Both the position numbers and the translations under genes were made by a program. A stretch of 64,000 bases of DNA from a virus. Lineage: Duplodnaviria > Caudoviricetes. Positions 18,701-28,189 of the stretch are shown here, in pieces. Numbering within the stretch: position 1 is the first letter of the stretch; each line of letters begins with the position of its first letter. Below the pieces are notes generated by a model that saw nothing but the letters and a program-made list of their open reading frames with translations, was not told where the DNA came from and did no database searches. Location of the stretch: the IMG/VR virus record IMGVR_UViG_3300031853_000025, positions 9,412 through 73,411 of that record; one strand, given 5' to 3'.

Positions 18701-20803
18701 TTAGTAACACAAACTGAAGATGGCTTAATGGCAGCTACTGATAAAACTAAATTAGATGGTATTGAAGCTGGAGCTAATAATTATGTATTGCCTAAGACTT
18801 TACCAGCTAATATGATTACAACTACAGATGATAAGCAATTTATTAGCAGTGTAGAAAAGACTTCTTATGCTGATAAATATACTAAATCTGAAGTCACTAA
18901 CCTTATTAAAGAAGCTAGACCAGCTAATGCAACTACAGCAGCTGCTGGCTTAATGAGTGCTGATGATAAAGCTAAACTAGATGGCATTGAAGCTAATGCT
19001 AATAGATATACGCTTCCTAACGATATTCCAGCTAGTATGATTAAAACCTCAGATGATTTACAATTTGTTTCTCTGACGGAAAAGACTTCTTATACTGATA
19101 AGTATACTAAAGCTGAAACAGTAAATCTTATTAATCAGCATGTACCTGATGTAGTTACTACAAAAACAAATGGCTTAATGATTGCCGCAGATAAAGTTAA
19201 ACTTGATGGTATTGAAGCTAATGCTAACCATTATGTATTACCTGAAACACTACCAGCTAGTATGATTACTGAAGATGAAACACATAAGTTTATTACAACG
19301 GATGAAAAGACTAAGATTGCTAATATCTATACTAAAGATGAAATTACAAAAATTGTCAGTGAAGCAACTCCATCAGCTTCTGACACTAAAGCTGGTTTAA
19401 TGTCTGCTGCTGATAAAGCTAAGCTTGATGGTATTGCTGCTAATGCTAATAATTATACTCTGCCCGCAACATTACCCGCTAGTATGATTACTACAACGGC
19501 TGATAAACAATTTATCAGTAATACAGAAAAGACTTCTTATGCTGATAAATATACTAAAGCTGAAGTAGATCAAAAACTTACTGATATCGCTTCAGGTAAT
19601 ATTAATCTTTCAAATTATACTCGCTATAAAGGCAATATTAGTGCAGCTCAGCTTACAGGTTCTGAAACATACTCTGGTAAAATTGAAAAAGATGACTTAT
19701 TTTTCCAAGGTAATGGTTTAATTATTATTACTAAAGCTCCGGATGAATCATCAACAGTACCAGAGTATCAACGCTTGAGTACATTATCATTAGTTGATTC
19801 TAGCTCAGCTGGTCTGATGTCTGCTGCTGATAAATCTAAGCTTGACGGTATTGCAGCAGGTGCTAATAATTATAAGCTTCCAGCTACTTTACCAGCTTCT
19901 ATGATTACTGAAGATACTTCTAGACAATTTGTAACTCCAGCTGAACATACTAAACTTAAGAACTTAGCAAATGCAACTACAACTGTAGATGGGTTAATGT
20001 CTTCTAAAGACAAGACTAAACTAGATGGTATTGAAGCTAATGCTAATCATTATGTATTACCTGAAACACTACCAGCTAGTATGATTACTGAAGACAATAC
20101 TCATAAATTTGTAACTGCGGATGAAAAGACTAAACTTTCTCAAGTTTATACTAAAGCTGAAACGGATAATGCAATTAAGACAGCTAAAGTAGATAATGCT
20201 ACAAGTACAACCGCAGGGCTTATGTCTGCTGCTGATAAAGCTAAGCTTGATGGTATTGCTGCTAACGCTAATAACTATGTATTACCTGATACATTACCAG
20301 CATCTATGATTGAGCAAACTGATTCTTTGAAGTTTGTTTCATCAGATGAAAAGACTAAGATTGGTAATACATATACCAAAACTGAATCTGATGCTAGATA
20401 TCTTACTAAGGTTGATTCTCAAACAGATAAACTTGAAATTGGTACAGGTTGGGAAATTAAACCAAATAGTGATGGCAACTTAGAAATTCTGTATAACGGT
20501 GTAGTTAAAACAACCATTAGTACAGATGGTAAAATGCTTGCTCCTAGCATCATTGAAGGTACTTCACTTACTGGTACTGGAGTAACTTCACTAAATGATT
20601 TAATTAATACAAAAGAAGATAAAACTTCACATGATGCAGATATTAATATGCTTCAAACAAGCTTAGATACTAAAGCAGAAACTACTGATCTGAATACTAA
20701 AGTATATACAAGAAGCTCTGTAACCAATAATATTTCTAGTTTCCCAGCTAATACTGGTATCTTCTTCATTGAAGAATCTGACACTATCACTATCCCGAGC
20801 TAA
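15767..20803 (+). CDS. long repeat-rich tail fibre protein (1678 aa)
   Basis: Shared N-module, SPxFTGxPxAPT fibre motifs, 13 KLD(G/S)I-containing repeats. Confidence 0.85.
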   Translation: MIKFNDILDKIGMKELSDDLVVKINNAGQAAITKLNEHINDSTVHVTSTEKDNWNSKAPNHSPNFTGEPTAPTTVQSTNNDQIATTRYVTEKINAWVPDVANEAKKLVSKNNFSIKGAINSSVQSFDGTGNVVLVVDNVPTKSLAGVIDPLNLDGTYNISITGTAGSANNASSLGGVLAKDFAKLESPTFTGKPKAPTAEAGDSSMQIANTNYVTNAINAIHFPEDVKTAEKLKNPVTFKISGKVISNEVVFDGSENVDLKVTTVNIQDQLDAYMPTKVNNHTVDSDVPVNAVFTDTVYTHPDTVQDLTGKSYTQVVVDRQGHVVYGANPDNLAVSIAGNAATATKLANTFKIKLTGDAVTTDATGVTDGQNDATLALDSINANAIATDKDHRLVTDDEKANYLDKYTKAEMDAKLEKFKLDSGFDIIGSSDTEEDIATDFPHPVDGNVVVVKSTGLLYRFNGVSWRCMAEYTLVTKTKNGLMSAVDKVKLDGIEEGANNYKLPDKLPASMITEDESRKFITFDEKTKLDNLYTKDQIDQQITSATPEASVDKAGLLSAADKIKLDSIETGANKYVLPKTLPASIMTEDEEHRFTTDTEKASYADKYTKVEVNTLISNATPLASHTVNGLMRSTDKVKLDGIEEGANNYTLPDELPASMITEDETHQFVTSTDKTVYADKFTKAETRDAIAKATPIVTTGTAGLMSAADKAKLDGIEANANKYVLPSTLPASMITEDVNHRFVTDQDKSDYADKYTKVEVEGLINAAKPEIVTKEAAGLMSASDKAKLDGIEANANKYVLPKTLPATMITEDKDHRFVTDLEKTTYLDKYTKNETIDLIDAAKPGVVTQEINGLMSSTDKTKLDGIAEGANNYVLPDTLPASMIVPDEQHQFVNLTEKASYADKYTKAETQNLITTSIQNANTDGMIWQKDVNSFSDIATTYPDPKKGWTVSVNDTGKIYRYNGTEWVSLSGSGSTYQLVTQTEDGLMAATDKTKLDGIEAGANNYVLPKTLPANMITTTDDKQFISSVEKTSYADKYTKSEVTNLIKEARPANATTAAAGLMSADDKAKLDGIEANANRYTLPNDIPASMIKTSDDLQFVSLTEKTSYTDKYTKAETVNLINQHVPDVVTTKTNGLMIAADKVKLDGIEANANHYVLPETLPASMITEDETHKFITTDEKTKIANIYTKDEITKIVSEATPSASDTKAGLMSAADKAKLDGIAANANNYTLPATLPASMITTTADKQFISNTEKTSYADKYTKAEVDQKLTDIASGNINLSNYTRYKGNISAAQLTGSETYSGKIEKDDLFFQGNGLIIITKAPDESSTVPEYQRLSTLSLVDSSSAGLMSAADKSKLDGIAAGANNYKLPATLPASMITEDTSRQFVTPAEHTKLKNLANATTTVDGLMSSKDKTKLDGIEANANHYVLPETLPASMITEDNTHKFVTADEKTKLSQVYTKAETDNAIKTAKVDNATSTTAGLMSAADKAKLDGIAANANNYVLPDTLPASMIEQTDSLKFVSSDEKTKIGNTYTKTESDARYLTKVDSQTDKLEIGTGWEIKPNSDGNLEILYNGVVKTTISTDGKMLAPSIIEGTSLTGTGVTSLNDLINTKEDKTSHDADINMLQTSLDTKAETTDLNTKVYTRSSVTNNISSFPANTGIFFIEESDTITIPS
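17207..20390 (+). repeat. tandem coding repeat, 13 units of mostly about 74-75 aa
   Basis: Consensus GLMSAADKxKLDGIExxANxYxLPxTLPASMITEDxxHxFVTxxEKxxYxDKYTKxE, counted by hand; two inserted non-repeat modules and one shortened unit. Confidence 0.9.
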
Positions 20804-20812
20804 TAAAACAAT

Positions 20813-20843
20813 TACCACTAGGGTTACTTAAACCCTAGTGGTA
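20813..20843. terminator. terminator hairpin
   Basis: TACCACTAGGGTT/AACCCTAGTGGTA followed by a T-rich tail. Confidence 0.8.
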
Positions 20844-20897
20844 TATTTTTATTTATAAATGCACTTATTAATAAACTTATCTTTTGGAGGCGGTATT

Positions 20898-21641
20898 ATG
20901 AATCAATTAGATTTACTGGTTAAAAAGTATAATAAAATCTATAAAGGTGATGTAAAATTCGATAAGAAAGACAATTATTTTTGTTTAGTCCAATTAGTCA
21001 TGGGTCTATTAGATGTAGGAAATGAAGATGAAGCAGTATTAATTATTAATAGTTATTGCATATCTTTTCCTGAGGGCAAAGGAAAATCTATTCTTACTCT
21101 AACAGCTTTAATGTATAATCATTATAAGTTATTTAATCTACTAAATACTCTATATGAAGTAGACGTTAATAATAACTTTATCTATAATGCTATTAAATAT
21201 AAAGCTGATAAGATTATAGATGGTATTATAGATGATTATAATTCATTTAATATCAATTTCTCAGCAGATAATTATTCTTGTATTCAAAGAGCTATTCTTG
21301 AATGTAATGAAATGGAATATATGCAAGTATTCACTTCTATTATGAAACTATTCTTAACAAGAGCTAAGTCATTAGATTTCTCTAAAGCTAGAATGATTTA
21401 TAATTGTTTTATGAAAGATGCTATAGTAGAAAGAAAATGGTTCTTCCTTAGCTTTATTATTTCTTTCTATGGAGAAATCTGTATGAGAGAAAAAGATGGT
21501 AAGCAAATTATGAAAGAAGACTTTAATAACCGTTTACAATCCGATTTATTATTTACTTTAGACTCTCAAGAAGAAATAGATCAGGTAATAAAAGATATTA
21601 AAGAAGTATATGTACTCAATCTATATTTAGACTTAGAATAA
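20898..21641 (+). CDS. hypothetical protein (247 aa)
   Basis: GGAGG RBS favours ATG 20898 over 20859; predicted helical; no motif recognised. Confidence 0.65.
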   Translation: MNQLDLLVKKYNKIYKGDVKFDKKDNYFCLVQLVMGLLDVGNEDEAVLIINSYCISFPEGKGKSILTLTALMYNHYKLFNLLNTLYEVDVNNNFIYNAIKYKADKIIDGIIDDYNSFNINFSADNYSCIQRAILECNEMEYMQVFTSIMKLFLTRAKSLDFSKARMIYNCFMKDAIVERKWFFLSFIISFYGEICMREKDGKQIMKEDFNNRLQSDLLFTLDSQEEIDQVIKDIKEVYVLNLYLDLE

Positions 21642-21647
21642 CATTTA

Positions 21648-21677
21648 TCCCTCTAGGAGATAATTCTCCTAGAGGGA
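21648..21677. terminator. bidirectional terminator
   Basis: TCCCTCTAGGAGA-TAAT-TCTCCTAGAGGGA between convergent genes. Confidence 0.85.
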
Positions 21678-21685
21678 ATATTTTA

Positions 21686-22516
21686 TTAATAATAAATCTG
21701 GTATGTAATATCCAGCCCTTTGGAAAGTTCAATGAGCTGTTCGTTAGGCATATTTAATTTAGTAAGTGGACGAATATCCTGATAGTAACCAATGCCATCA
21801 ATATTTTTAAGCCATGCAGTGCAAAGACTAATTGTATTTACACGAGCTTCGTTGATACCTACAGTATTGATGAACCATTCACGACATTCTTCTTCAGTTA
21901 CTTTAATCTTTACTTCAACTAATGTTTCAACTTCAAGTTCATTATTATAGCTGTAAATATTGCTATCAATGATAGTACCATCTTCAAGACGTTGAATTAG
22001 TTTAGGTTCAGATTCAAATGTCTTGAAATAATACGCGGCACGTTCACCAATAACTTTACGACCATGATAAATTTGTTTTTGTGCAGTCGTAATATCTTCA
22101 GTAATCAATGGGAATCTAAATGGAACCAATGCGTCAGTTGTAATCCATTTAGCATAGTTGACTTCTTTAACCTGTGAGTTTTCACGACCGCAACCATCTG
22201 TACCAACACAGAAAAGATAACAACGTTCTTTAGAAGATGGTTGTTCTAATACAGTGTGTTCCAAATTCAATACGGTATTATAAGATGGAGTAATTTCGTT
22301 TCTAGGTAGATCGAAATGTGCTCTTGCAGTAAATGCTGCGCCTGGAAGAATAATTTTATTCTTACCACGGAATAGAACTTTATCGGTACCATTAATCTTT
22401 ACAATGATATCTGTATCCTTATGAGTAGCGGTTTCACGCTGAATGCTTCGTTCAATACGCCCGCTTGTCGTATCTTTAATATTAGAATAATCTAATAATA
22501 GCAGAGATTTTGACAT
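21686..22516 (-). CDS. probable baseplate/tail structural protein (276 aa)
   Basis: Directly downstream of the 1458-aa structural gene and has its own late-type promoter; start 22516 chosen from GGAGG position (track start 22534). Confidence 0.5.
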   Translation of the reverse strand: MSKSLLLLDYSNIKDTTSGRIERSIQRETATHKDTDIIVKINGTDKVLFRGKNKIILPGAAFTARAHFDLPRNEITPSYNTVLNLEHTVLEQPSSKERCYLFCVGTDGCGRENSQVKEVNYAKWITTDALVPFRFPLITEDITTAQKQIYHGRKVIGERAAYYFKTFESEPKLIQRLEDGTIIDSNIYSYNNELEVETLVEVKIKVTEEECREWFINTVGINEARVNTISLCTAWLKNIDGIGYYQDIRPLTKLNMPNEQLIELSKGLDITYQIYY

Positions 22517-22551
22517 ATTTTCATTGCCCTCCATTTTAAGTTAAAATTAAT

Positions 22552-22563
22552 TATCTATATGTT
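22552..22563 (-). promoter_or_regulatory. late-type promoter AACA-N6-TA
   Basis: AACATATAGATA overlapping the upstream stop codon, 36 nt before ATG 22516. Confidence 0.55.
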
Positions 22564-25500
22564 TTTATACGGCACAATATAGAGCTTTTCAGTCGGTTGA
22601 ACAATTTCTTTTGGATGAGAAACTGCATACAGTCTATCTATACCATCAATATAACTTACTGCCATAATATCAGATAGTGTCATATGAGAAATATAGACTA
22701 GCTTATCAGTAATCTCCATACCAATTTTATCTTTAAATACAAATCTACAAATGATATTCCATACTTCACGGATATCATCGCCTTCATCAATAAGACCAAG
22801 TTTCTTAAACCAGTATCTAAATAAGTAGATTTTATCTACTAAGTTGACTACTTCTTTAGGTTTAAATCTTGACCATTCTACGCCAAAGCCATCAATATAT
22901 TGTACAAAATCAATATAGCTAATTCTAGCATAGTATTTAATACAGTCTATGGCCCTGAGAGTTTGTTCATATTTATTATCGAATTTATATAATGTATTAA
23001 TTGAAGAAATAGTAATCTTATATGACTTGAAGAAGTCAATGACTTTCTTTACATAGTTACGAATAAAGTCAATGCCTACACCCGGGAATTTACTCCATAA
23101 GTAGTCATATTCTTTAGAATCTAAGTATGTATCAATAGAACTACAAACAGCAAGAATACGTTCTGAAATATACTTTCTCTTTTCAGCTTTATCTTTAATA
23201 TTAGAGATATATACGATATTATTATATAATACATCGTCTCTATATTTTAAGAAATTACTATATGTAGCATCCGAAGGAATCTTTTCACCCGTAGCAATCT
23301 TAAAGAATTTAGTGTTATAGTCTATCTGCATTAATGATTCATAAGCAATTTTAAATGCATCATATTCTCGCTTATTATCAGCATCAACCATACCACGTAA
23401 TAACACACGACGTACATTAATATTTTGCTCAAAGATATTCAAGTATTCTTTGATTGAATTTAATTGAGATTTATAAAATCTAAATTTATCTACGCCAATA
23501 TCTTCTGGTTTAAAACCTAGTTTGATAATCTTCTTATTAATAAGATCAATATCAGCTCTAAAGTTAAAACCTTTCATATACATGATCCCTTCAGGATCTT
23601 GCATAATGTCATCTTCTAATTCATAATAATCAAATGTAATGCTAAATAAATAGCATAAGATGTCTGATAGTCTAAACATCTTATACGTTTGAATATCAGG
23701 TACCTGAAGACGTAATCTATCTTCAAGTTTAACATCATCAAATAGCATTCCAAAGAAATATGGTAGCTCAAAAGTTAATTTACTAAAGCTCATAACGGTA
23801 TCGATGGAAATATATTTAGTATTTACATAAGAAAATTCTTTATGTAGAATAGCTTCTTTAATATCATCATGTAAGTCTTGCTCTGTATCCCATAATTTAT
23901 CTGGTCTAACGAAAGAATCATATGGTTCATATTCGCCTTTATCTTTTAGATACATATCTGGCTTATGGCCAATCGGGACTTTAACAAATTTCAAAGTAAA
24001 GTCTTTATCAATATTTTCTTCATAGACTTTCTTAAATCTATTATTGATATAATTATAGATAAGACGGATCTTTGTACCATGTTTTGAGATTTCCGAATAT
24101 GGTTTGATGAAATAAATAAATCCATCAATTAATTCATATTCTTCCGGAGGTACTACTGTACCATCTTCTAAAGCTACAATAAATGAATTATTCTTTGAAG
24201 TCAAATAGTCTTCAGTCGGTAAAGTAACCTTGGCATAACGTTCATCTTCAATATCTACAATAGATTCATTATTGATGATATACTTATTATACTTTTCAAA
24301 GATATTATTATAGATAAATAATAGAGTAATCTCTCTATCGTCTTTAATTTCTACATCATCATTGAAAGTAATATAATTATCTGCTATAGTATATCTGTCT
24401 TTAGTCATAATCAATGAACCCACTAGTACAATAAATGAATTCCCTGATTGCATATATCTAAAGAAAGGATATGTGAAGCTATACTTGTTTTTAGTTAGTG
24501 TTTTCTGACAATAGACTTGGTCTACAGAAATATTATAAATATTATTTTCAATTGAATAGAAGTAGCAAACAACTACATCAGATAGATTGAATTTATCTTC
24601 TGGTTTAATATAAACCATCTTATGCTGATTAATTTGATAGCTTCCTGGATCTAGTAATTTACCATTATGCATAATTCTTACAGCATTGCCTGTGTTTAAG
24701 AATTCTGGGAATGGTTCTGGTAATGTAATTTCAGTCTGCCCGTTAGCATTAATTACTACATAATTTACATCAATAAATGTATTATTCGGATCTTTAGGGT
24801 AGTAAAAATGTAAGACAATCTTATGACCTGAATTATATGCTAACGATCTATCTACTAACGTAAGTTTTTCTTTAAGAATAGTATATTGATCTGGACGAAT
24901 TACTTTACCGTCATAAAGAACCTCAATAAGATTATGCTTTTCTGAATAATTTGCAAATGGGTATTGAATCTGATATTGATATAGACCAGTCTCTACATTA
25001 ATGGTCTGATATGATTCTTGAAATTCAATTACTTTAGATTTATTATATAAGAAATTGAATTCAATATCTTTATCTTTTGTAAACTGATCAGATGAATCAA
25101 TAAATGAAAGCATCTTATTGTTTTCAACGAAATATCTACGGCTATCTAAGAAAGTACCATTTCTTGTAACGAAGAAACTTCTATTAGCCGCTACATAATT
25201 TTCAAATGGTTCTGGTATTTCTACTGAACCAGTATATTCTTTATCAGTAATCTTAGTTATATTTTTAGCATAAATAAATTGGTTATTTGGATTATCATTA
25301 TAAATAAAAATTATCGTTACTATTCTACCAGCGGATAAAATGTCTTTTGTATTATCTTTATCGAAAGTAATTGTCTTTTTCGTTGAGTCAATTGAATATA
25401 ATTGATTATTTAGAAATACAGAACCAACGGATACAATAACCTGATTATGATCTGTAAAATATTCAGTTGCTCCATCAGGAATATCTAATGAATATTCATA

Positions 25501-26931
25501 TTTACTATTTTCAAATGGGAATTGTTGTACTTTCTGCTTGATTATATATTCATCAAATTTCTTAGATGAAACATCTTCATTCTTTTCATTATAGATGAAT
25601 CTAATTTCTAGATTTGTATTAGCTTTAAGAATAGATTTATCTTTAAAAGAAAGATTTCCATTCGTTACCGTATATTGTTTTGGATCAATAATTACTCCAT
25701 CAGCAATTACATGATACATATTACCTAGATCTTCATACTTAGCTAATGGGTAGTCTAATTTAAAGCTATTGGAAGAAATATTTGAATTCGTTAATTGAAT
25801 ATTTTGAGATTTAATGCTAACTGGGTTATCTGTATTATCATAAAATCTAGTATCATAATTAAATACATACTCATTGGTGATTGGATCAATATTTCTATCT
25901 TTAAGCATATAATACTTAAAGATATTAACGGAGTCAAATCCAAATAATGAGCAAATCTCTACCATGCATTTTGCAGTAGATTTATATTTTAAAAGTGTAT
26001 TCAGGCTACGGAGCATATTACACTGGTATTTGAATGGGATTTCATCATAATATGGAACCCCATTGGCTTCAAAAATATAACGTACACAACGTTCATCAAA
26101 TGCTTCTCTTTTAATAATATGATCTTGTACTTCAGAGATAAGATCAATCATGGTTTGGATAAGAATAAAAATAATTAAGAATTGATTATAGTAGTCTGAC
26201 TGAAATTCATATGCATCACTCTTTATAGTCTGAATAGTGAATACTCTATTTACTCCATAGCGATCTTTAAACTTTTCCATAATAGTCTGGAAATCAATAC
26301 TTGGAATATAAAGTAATTCGTATTCAGCGGCTTTACGTGCAGCATATAAAGATACATCTGTACCAATATAATTAATATAATCATATTCTGGAGCTGTATA
26401 ACGTTCAATCATCTTAGCATAAATCCCATAGTCATTTAGACTATTTAATTCATACTGAGTCATCTTATCTATAGAATGAGTATAGTCTACACCAATATTA
26501 TCAATACGAATATCTTCATCAATATATAACGGTGCAGCATCTTTAGGTGGTTTACCTAATATCTTTCTATAATAGTCATTTTCTTCATCATAATTAGCTA
26601 AGAAATGTTTTCTAGCCACATCTAATGCATCTTTACGAAGATTCTCTGGAATAGCAGATGGGCTATACTTGCATCGTTCTTTTAAATTATCCGGTACACC
26701 GATTTGTCTAAGCATAATATCGGTATACTTAAACATATCGTATGTGGCTCTATTTTCTATACATTTGCAATACAAATCACCTAAATAGAGTGATCTTCTT
26801 GATTCATTTTTATCGGCTTCTTCTTGATTTTTTACTACAGCTCCTAAGGCTAATAATTTTGTATAGTATACAATATTATCTACGTAAGGTGAATCTGAGT
26901 AATTTTTCTGAATCAGATTTTTGATAATCAC
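22555..26931 (-). CDS. large virion protein, probable baseplate wedge-like, with seven internal beta-sandwich-like repeats (1458 aa)
   Basis: GTG start with AAAGGAGG; central repeats of the form V-x2-(D/N)G-x5-Y-x6-(I/L)-x-F...F-x-YN; structural context. Baseplate call is inference. Confidence 0.55.
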   Translation of the reverse strand: MIIKNLIQKNYSDSPYVDNIVYYTKLLALGAVVKNQEEADKNESRRSLYLGDLYCKCIENRATYDMFKYTDIMLRQIGVPDNLKERCKYSPSAIPENLRKDALDVARKHFLANYDEENDYYRKILGKPPKDAAPLYIDEDIRIDNIGVDYTHSIDKMTQYELNSLNDYGIYAKMIERYTAPEYDYINYIGTDVSLYAARKAAEYELLYIPSIDFQTIMEKFKDRYGVNRVFTIQTIKSDAYEFQSDYYNQFLIIFILIQTMIDLISEVQDHIIKREAFDERCVRYIFEANGVPYYDEIPFKYQCNMLRSLNTLLKYKSTAKCMVEICSLFGFDSVNIFKYYMLKDRNIDPITNEYVFNYDTRFYDNTDNPVSIKSQNIQLTNSNISSNSFKLDYPLAKYEDLGNMYHVIADGVIIDPKQYTVTNGNLSFKDKSILKANTNLEIRFIYNEKNEDVSSKKFDEYIIKQKVQQFPFENSKYEYSLDIPDGATEYFTDHNQVIVSVGSVFLNNQLYSIDSTKKTITFDKDNTKDILSAGRIVTIIFIYNDNPNNQFIYAKNITKITDKEYTGSVEIPEPFENYVAANRSFFVTRNGTFLDSRRYFVENNKMLSFIDSSDQFTKDKDIEFNFLYNKSKVIEFQESYQTINVETGLYQYQIQYPFANYSEKHNLIEVLYDGKVIRPDQYTILKEKLTLVDRSLAYNSGHKIVLHFYYPKDPNNTFIDVNYVVINANGQTEITLPEPFPEFLNTGNAVRIMHNGKLLDPGSYQINQHKMVYIKPEDKFNLSDVVVCYFYSIENNIYNISVDQVYCQKTLTKNKYSFTYPFFRYMQSGNSFIVLVGSLIMTKDRYTIADNYITFNDDVEIKDDREITLLFIYNNIFEKYNKYIINNESIVDIEDERYAKVTLPTEDYLTSKNNSFIVALEDGTVVPPEEYELIDGFIYFIKPYSEISKHGTKIRLIYNYINNRFKKVYEENIDKDFTLKFVKVPIGHKPDMYLKDKGEYEPYDSFVRPDKLWDTEQDLHDDIKEAILHKEFSYVNTKYISIDTVMSFSKLTFELPYFFGMLFDDVKLEDRLRLQVPDIQTYKMFRLSDILCYLFSITFDYYELEDDIMQDPEGIMYMKGFNFRADIDLINKKIIKLGFKPEDIGVDKFRFYKSQLNSIKEYLNIFEQNINVRRVLLRGMVDADNKREYDAFKIAYESLMQIDYNTKFFKIATGEKIPSDATYSNFLKYRDDVLYNNIVYISNIKDKAEKRKYISERILAVCSSIDTYLDSKEYDYLWSKFPGVGIDFIRNYVKKVIDFFKSYKITISSINTLYKFDNKYEQTLRAIDCIKYYARISYIDFVQYIDGFGVEWSRFKPKEVVNLVDKIYLFRYWFKKLGLIDEGDDIREVWNIICRFVFKDKIGMEITDKLVYISHMTLSDIMAVSYIDGIDRLYAVSHPKEIVQPTEKLYIVPYKNI

Positions 26932-26993
26932 CGAGATGTCCTCCTTTCGGGCTAATTATATCTATGTAAAAATTGTCCCAATTTATATATCAA

Positions 26994-27005
26994 AACATTT
27001 ATTTA
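26994..27005 (+). promoter_or_regulatory. late-type promoter AACA-N6-TA
   Basis: AACATTTATTTA 25 nt upstream of ATG 27030; a divergent TACA-N6-TA variant lies at 26957-26968. Confidence 0.6.
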
Positions 27006-27029
27006 ATCAATGCTAGGAGGTAATACGAT

Positions 27030-27695
27030 ATGGAAGATAATTCTATTCCAGGAATTACGTCTATACAAGACAATATAAATCCTACAGTACAATCCCCATT
27101 TGTTCCATTTAATATTTCACTATATCACACTAAATATAGCTTTCTGGATACAGATGAATACGTTAATTTTATCAAAAATAGCGTTTCTAGATTTAGACGT
27201 TCTCGTTTCTATAAAAACTATAAAAGTTATCTAATGTCTCTTGGTATGTATCGTAGTCAATTAAGCGCAAATATTTCTTCTGATATGGCTACAATTGAAA
27301 TGCACCATAATATTCTAACGATATTTGATATTGCAGTTATTCTTACTGAGCATGAATTAAATAAAGTCGGAATGATCTCTTCGTTTGACTTAGTAAATCT
27401 TATGAAGAAAGTCCATAGAGAAAACAAAGTCCAAGTTGTTATGCTGACTCTAACGGAACACCAAGAATTCCATAACAATACAGGATTATTTATTCACCCA
27501 GATATGTGCTTCGGTAATTGGGTTGAATTTGTAAAAGAATATAGCGATGGCATCACTATTGAAATCGCAAATAAAATTATCAAGTACATTAATAGAGCCG
27601 AAGAGCTTGGATGTACTTCGGATAATAATTTATTGAAATTGCGGGATGAACTCGTAGATTGGAGTAAAAATAATGAATATGCAAGTATGCGATAA
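27030..27695 (+). CDS. hypothetical protein with HNH-like His pattern (paralog of 37385-38116)
   Basis: IEMHH..LTIFDI...V..LTLTEHQEFHN...FGNWVEFV aligns by eye with the 243-aa protein. Confidence 0.65.
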   Translation: MEDNSIPGITSIQDNINPTVQSPFVPFNISLYHTKYSFLDTDEYVNFIKNSVSRFRRSRFYKNYKSYLMSLGMYRSQLSANISSDMATIEMHHNILTIFDIAVILTEHELNKVGMISSFDLVNLMKKVHRENKVQVVMLTLTEHQEFHNNTGLFIHPDMCFGNWVEFVKEYSDGITIEIANKIIKYINRAEELGCTSDNNLLKLRDELVDWSKNNEYASMR

Positions 27696-28152
27696 TTTAT
27701 CAGCCGCTGATAATATTTGGGAATTCCTGCAATTCGCGGGTCTAATTGATGGTCTATTTTCATTTGTTAGCATTTTAATTTTATGCGGGTTTATCTTTCT
27801 ATTAGTAAATCGTATTGTAATTACTATTATTAACTTTTATCGTTATAAGTTCATCATTTCTATTGATGTAAATTATGATGAACTAACATCTGTGTTAGAT
27901 ACAATCATTACTAGCAGCATAACTGATTACGTTATGCTTAATGGTTTATATGAGCAATTTATCGGAGAACAGCAAGAAGCAAGTCTACGTCAATATGTTT
28001 CAAGTGCATTAGAAGAACAATTATCAGATGCATTTCTTCAAAAGCTGGAGATCATCTATAATAAAGATGCTATCCCAGATTTATTGGCTAGACGAATTTT
28101 GACTACAATTTCTATTTATGTAGCAAAAAATAATGCAGCCACCAAAAAATAA
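27673..28152 (+). CDS. hypothetical membrane protein (159 aa)
   Basis: N-terminal hydrophobic segment GLFSFVSILILCGFIFLLVNRIVITII. Confidence 0.65.
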   Translation: MNMQVCDNLSAADNIWEFLQFAGLIDGLFSFVSILILCGFIFLLVNRIVITIINFYRYKFIISIDVNYDELTSVLDTIITSSITDYVMLNGLYEQFIGEQQEASLRQYVSSALEEQLSDAFLQKLEIIYNKDAIPDLLARRILTTISIYVAKNNAATKK

Positions 28153-28161
28153 ACAAAAAAT

Positions 28162-28189
28162 ATCCCTAACCAGAATTCTGGTTAGGGAT
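28162..28189. terminator. perfect 28-nt palindrome / bidirectional terminator
   Basis: ATCCCTAACCAGAA|TTCTGGTTAGGGAT between convergent genes. Confidence 0.85.

Noticed and set aside
15767-20803. CRISPR-like periodic repeats
   Set aside because: The roughly 222-225 nt periodicity is in-frame protein repetition with synonymous variation; there are no constant repeats with unique spacers.
4139-20803. Diversity-generating retroelement acting on the tail fibres
   Set aside because: No reverse transcriptase and no template/variable repeat pair differing only at adenines was seen in this window; one could still lie elsewhere in the genome.
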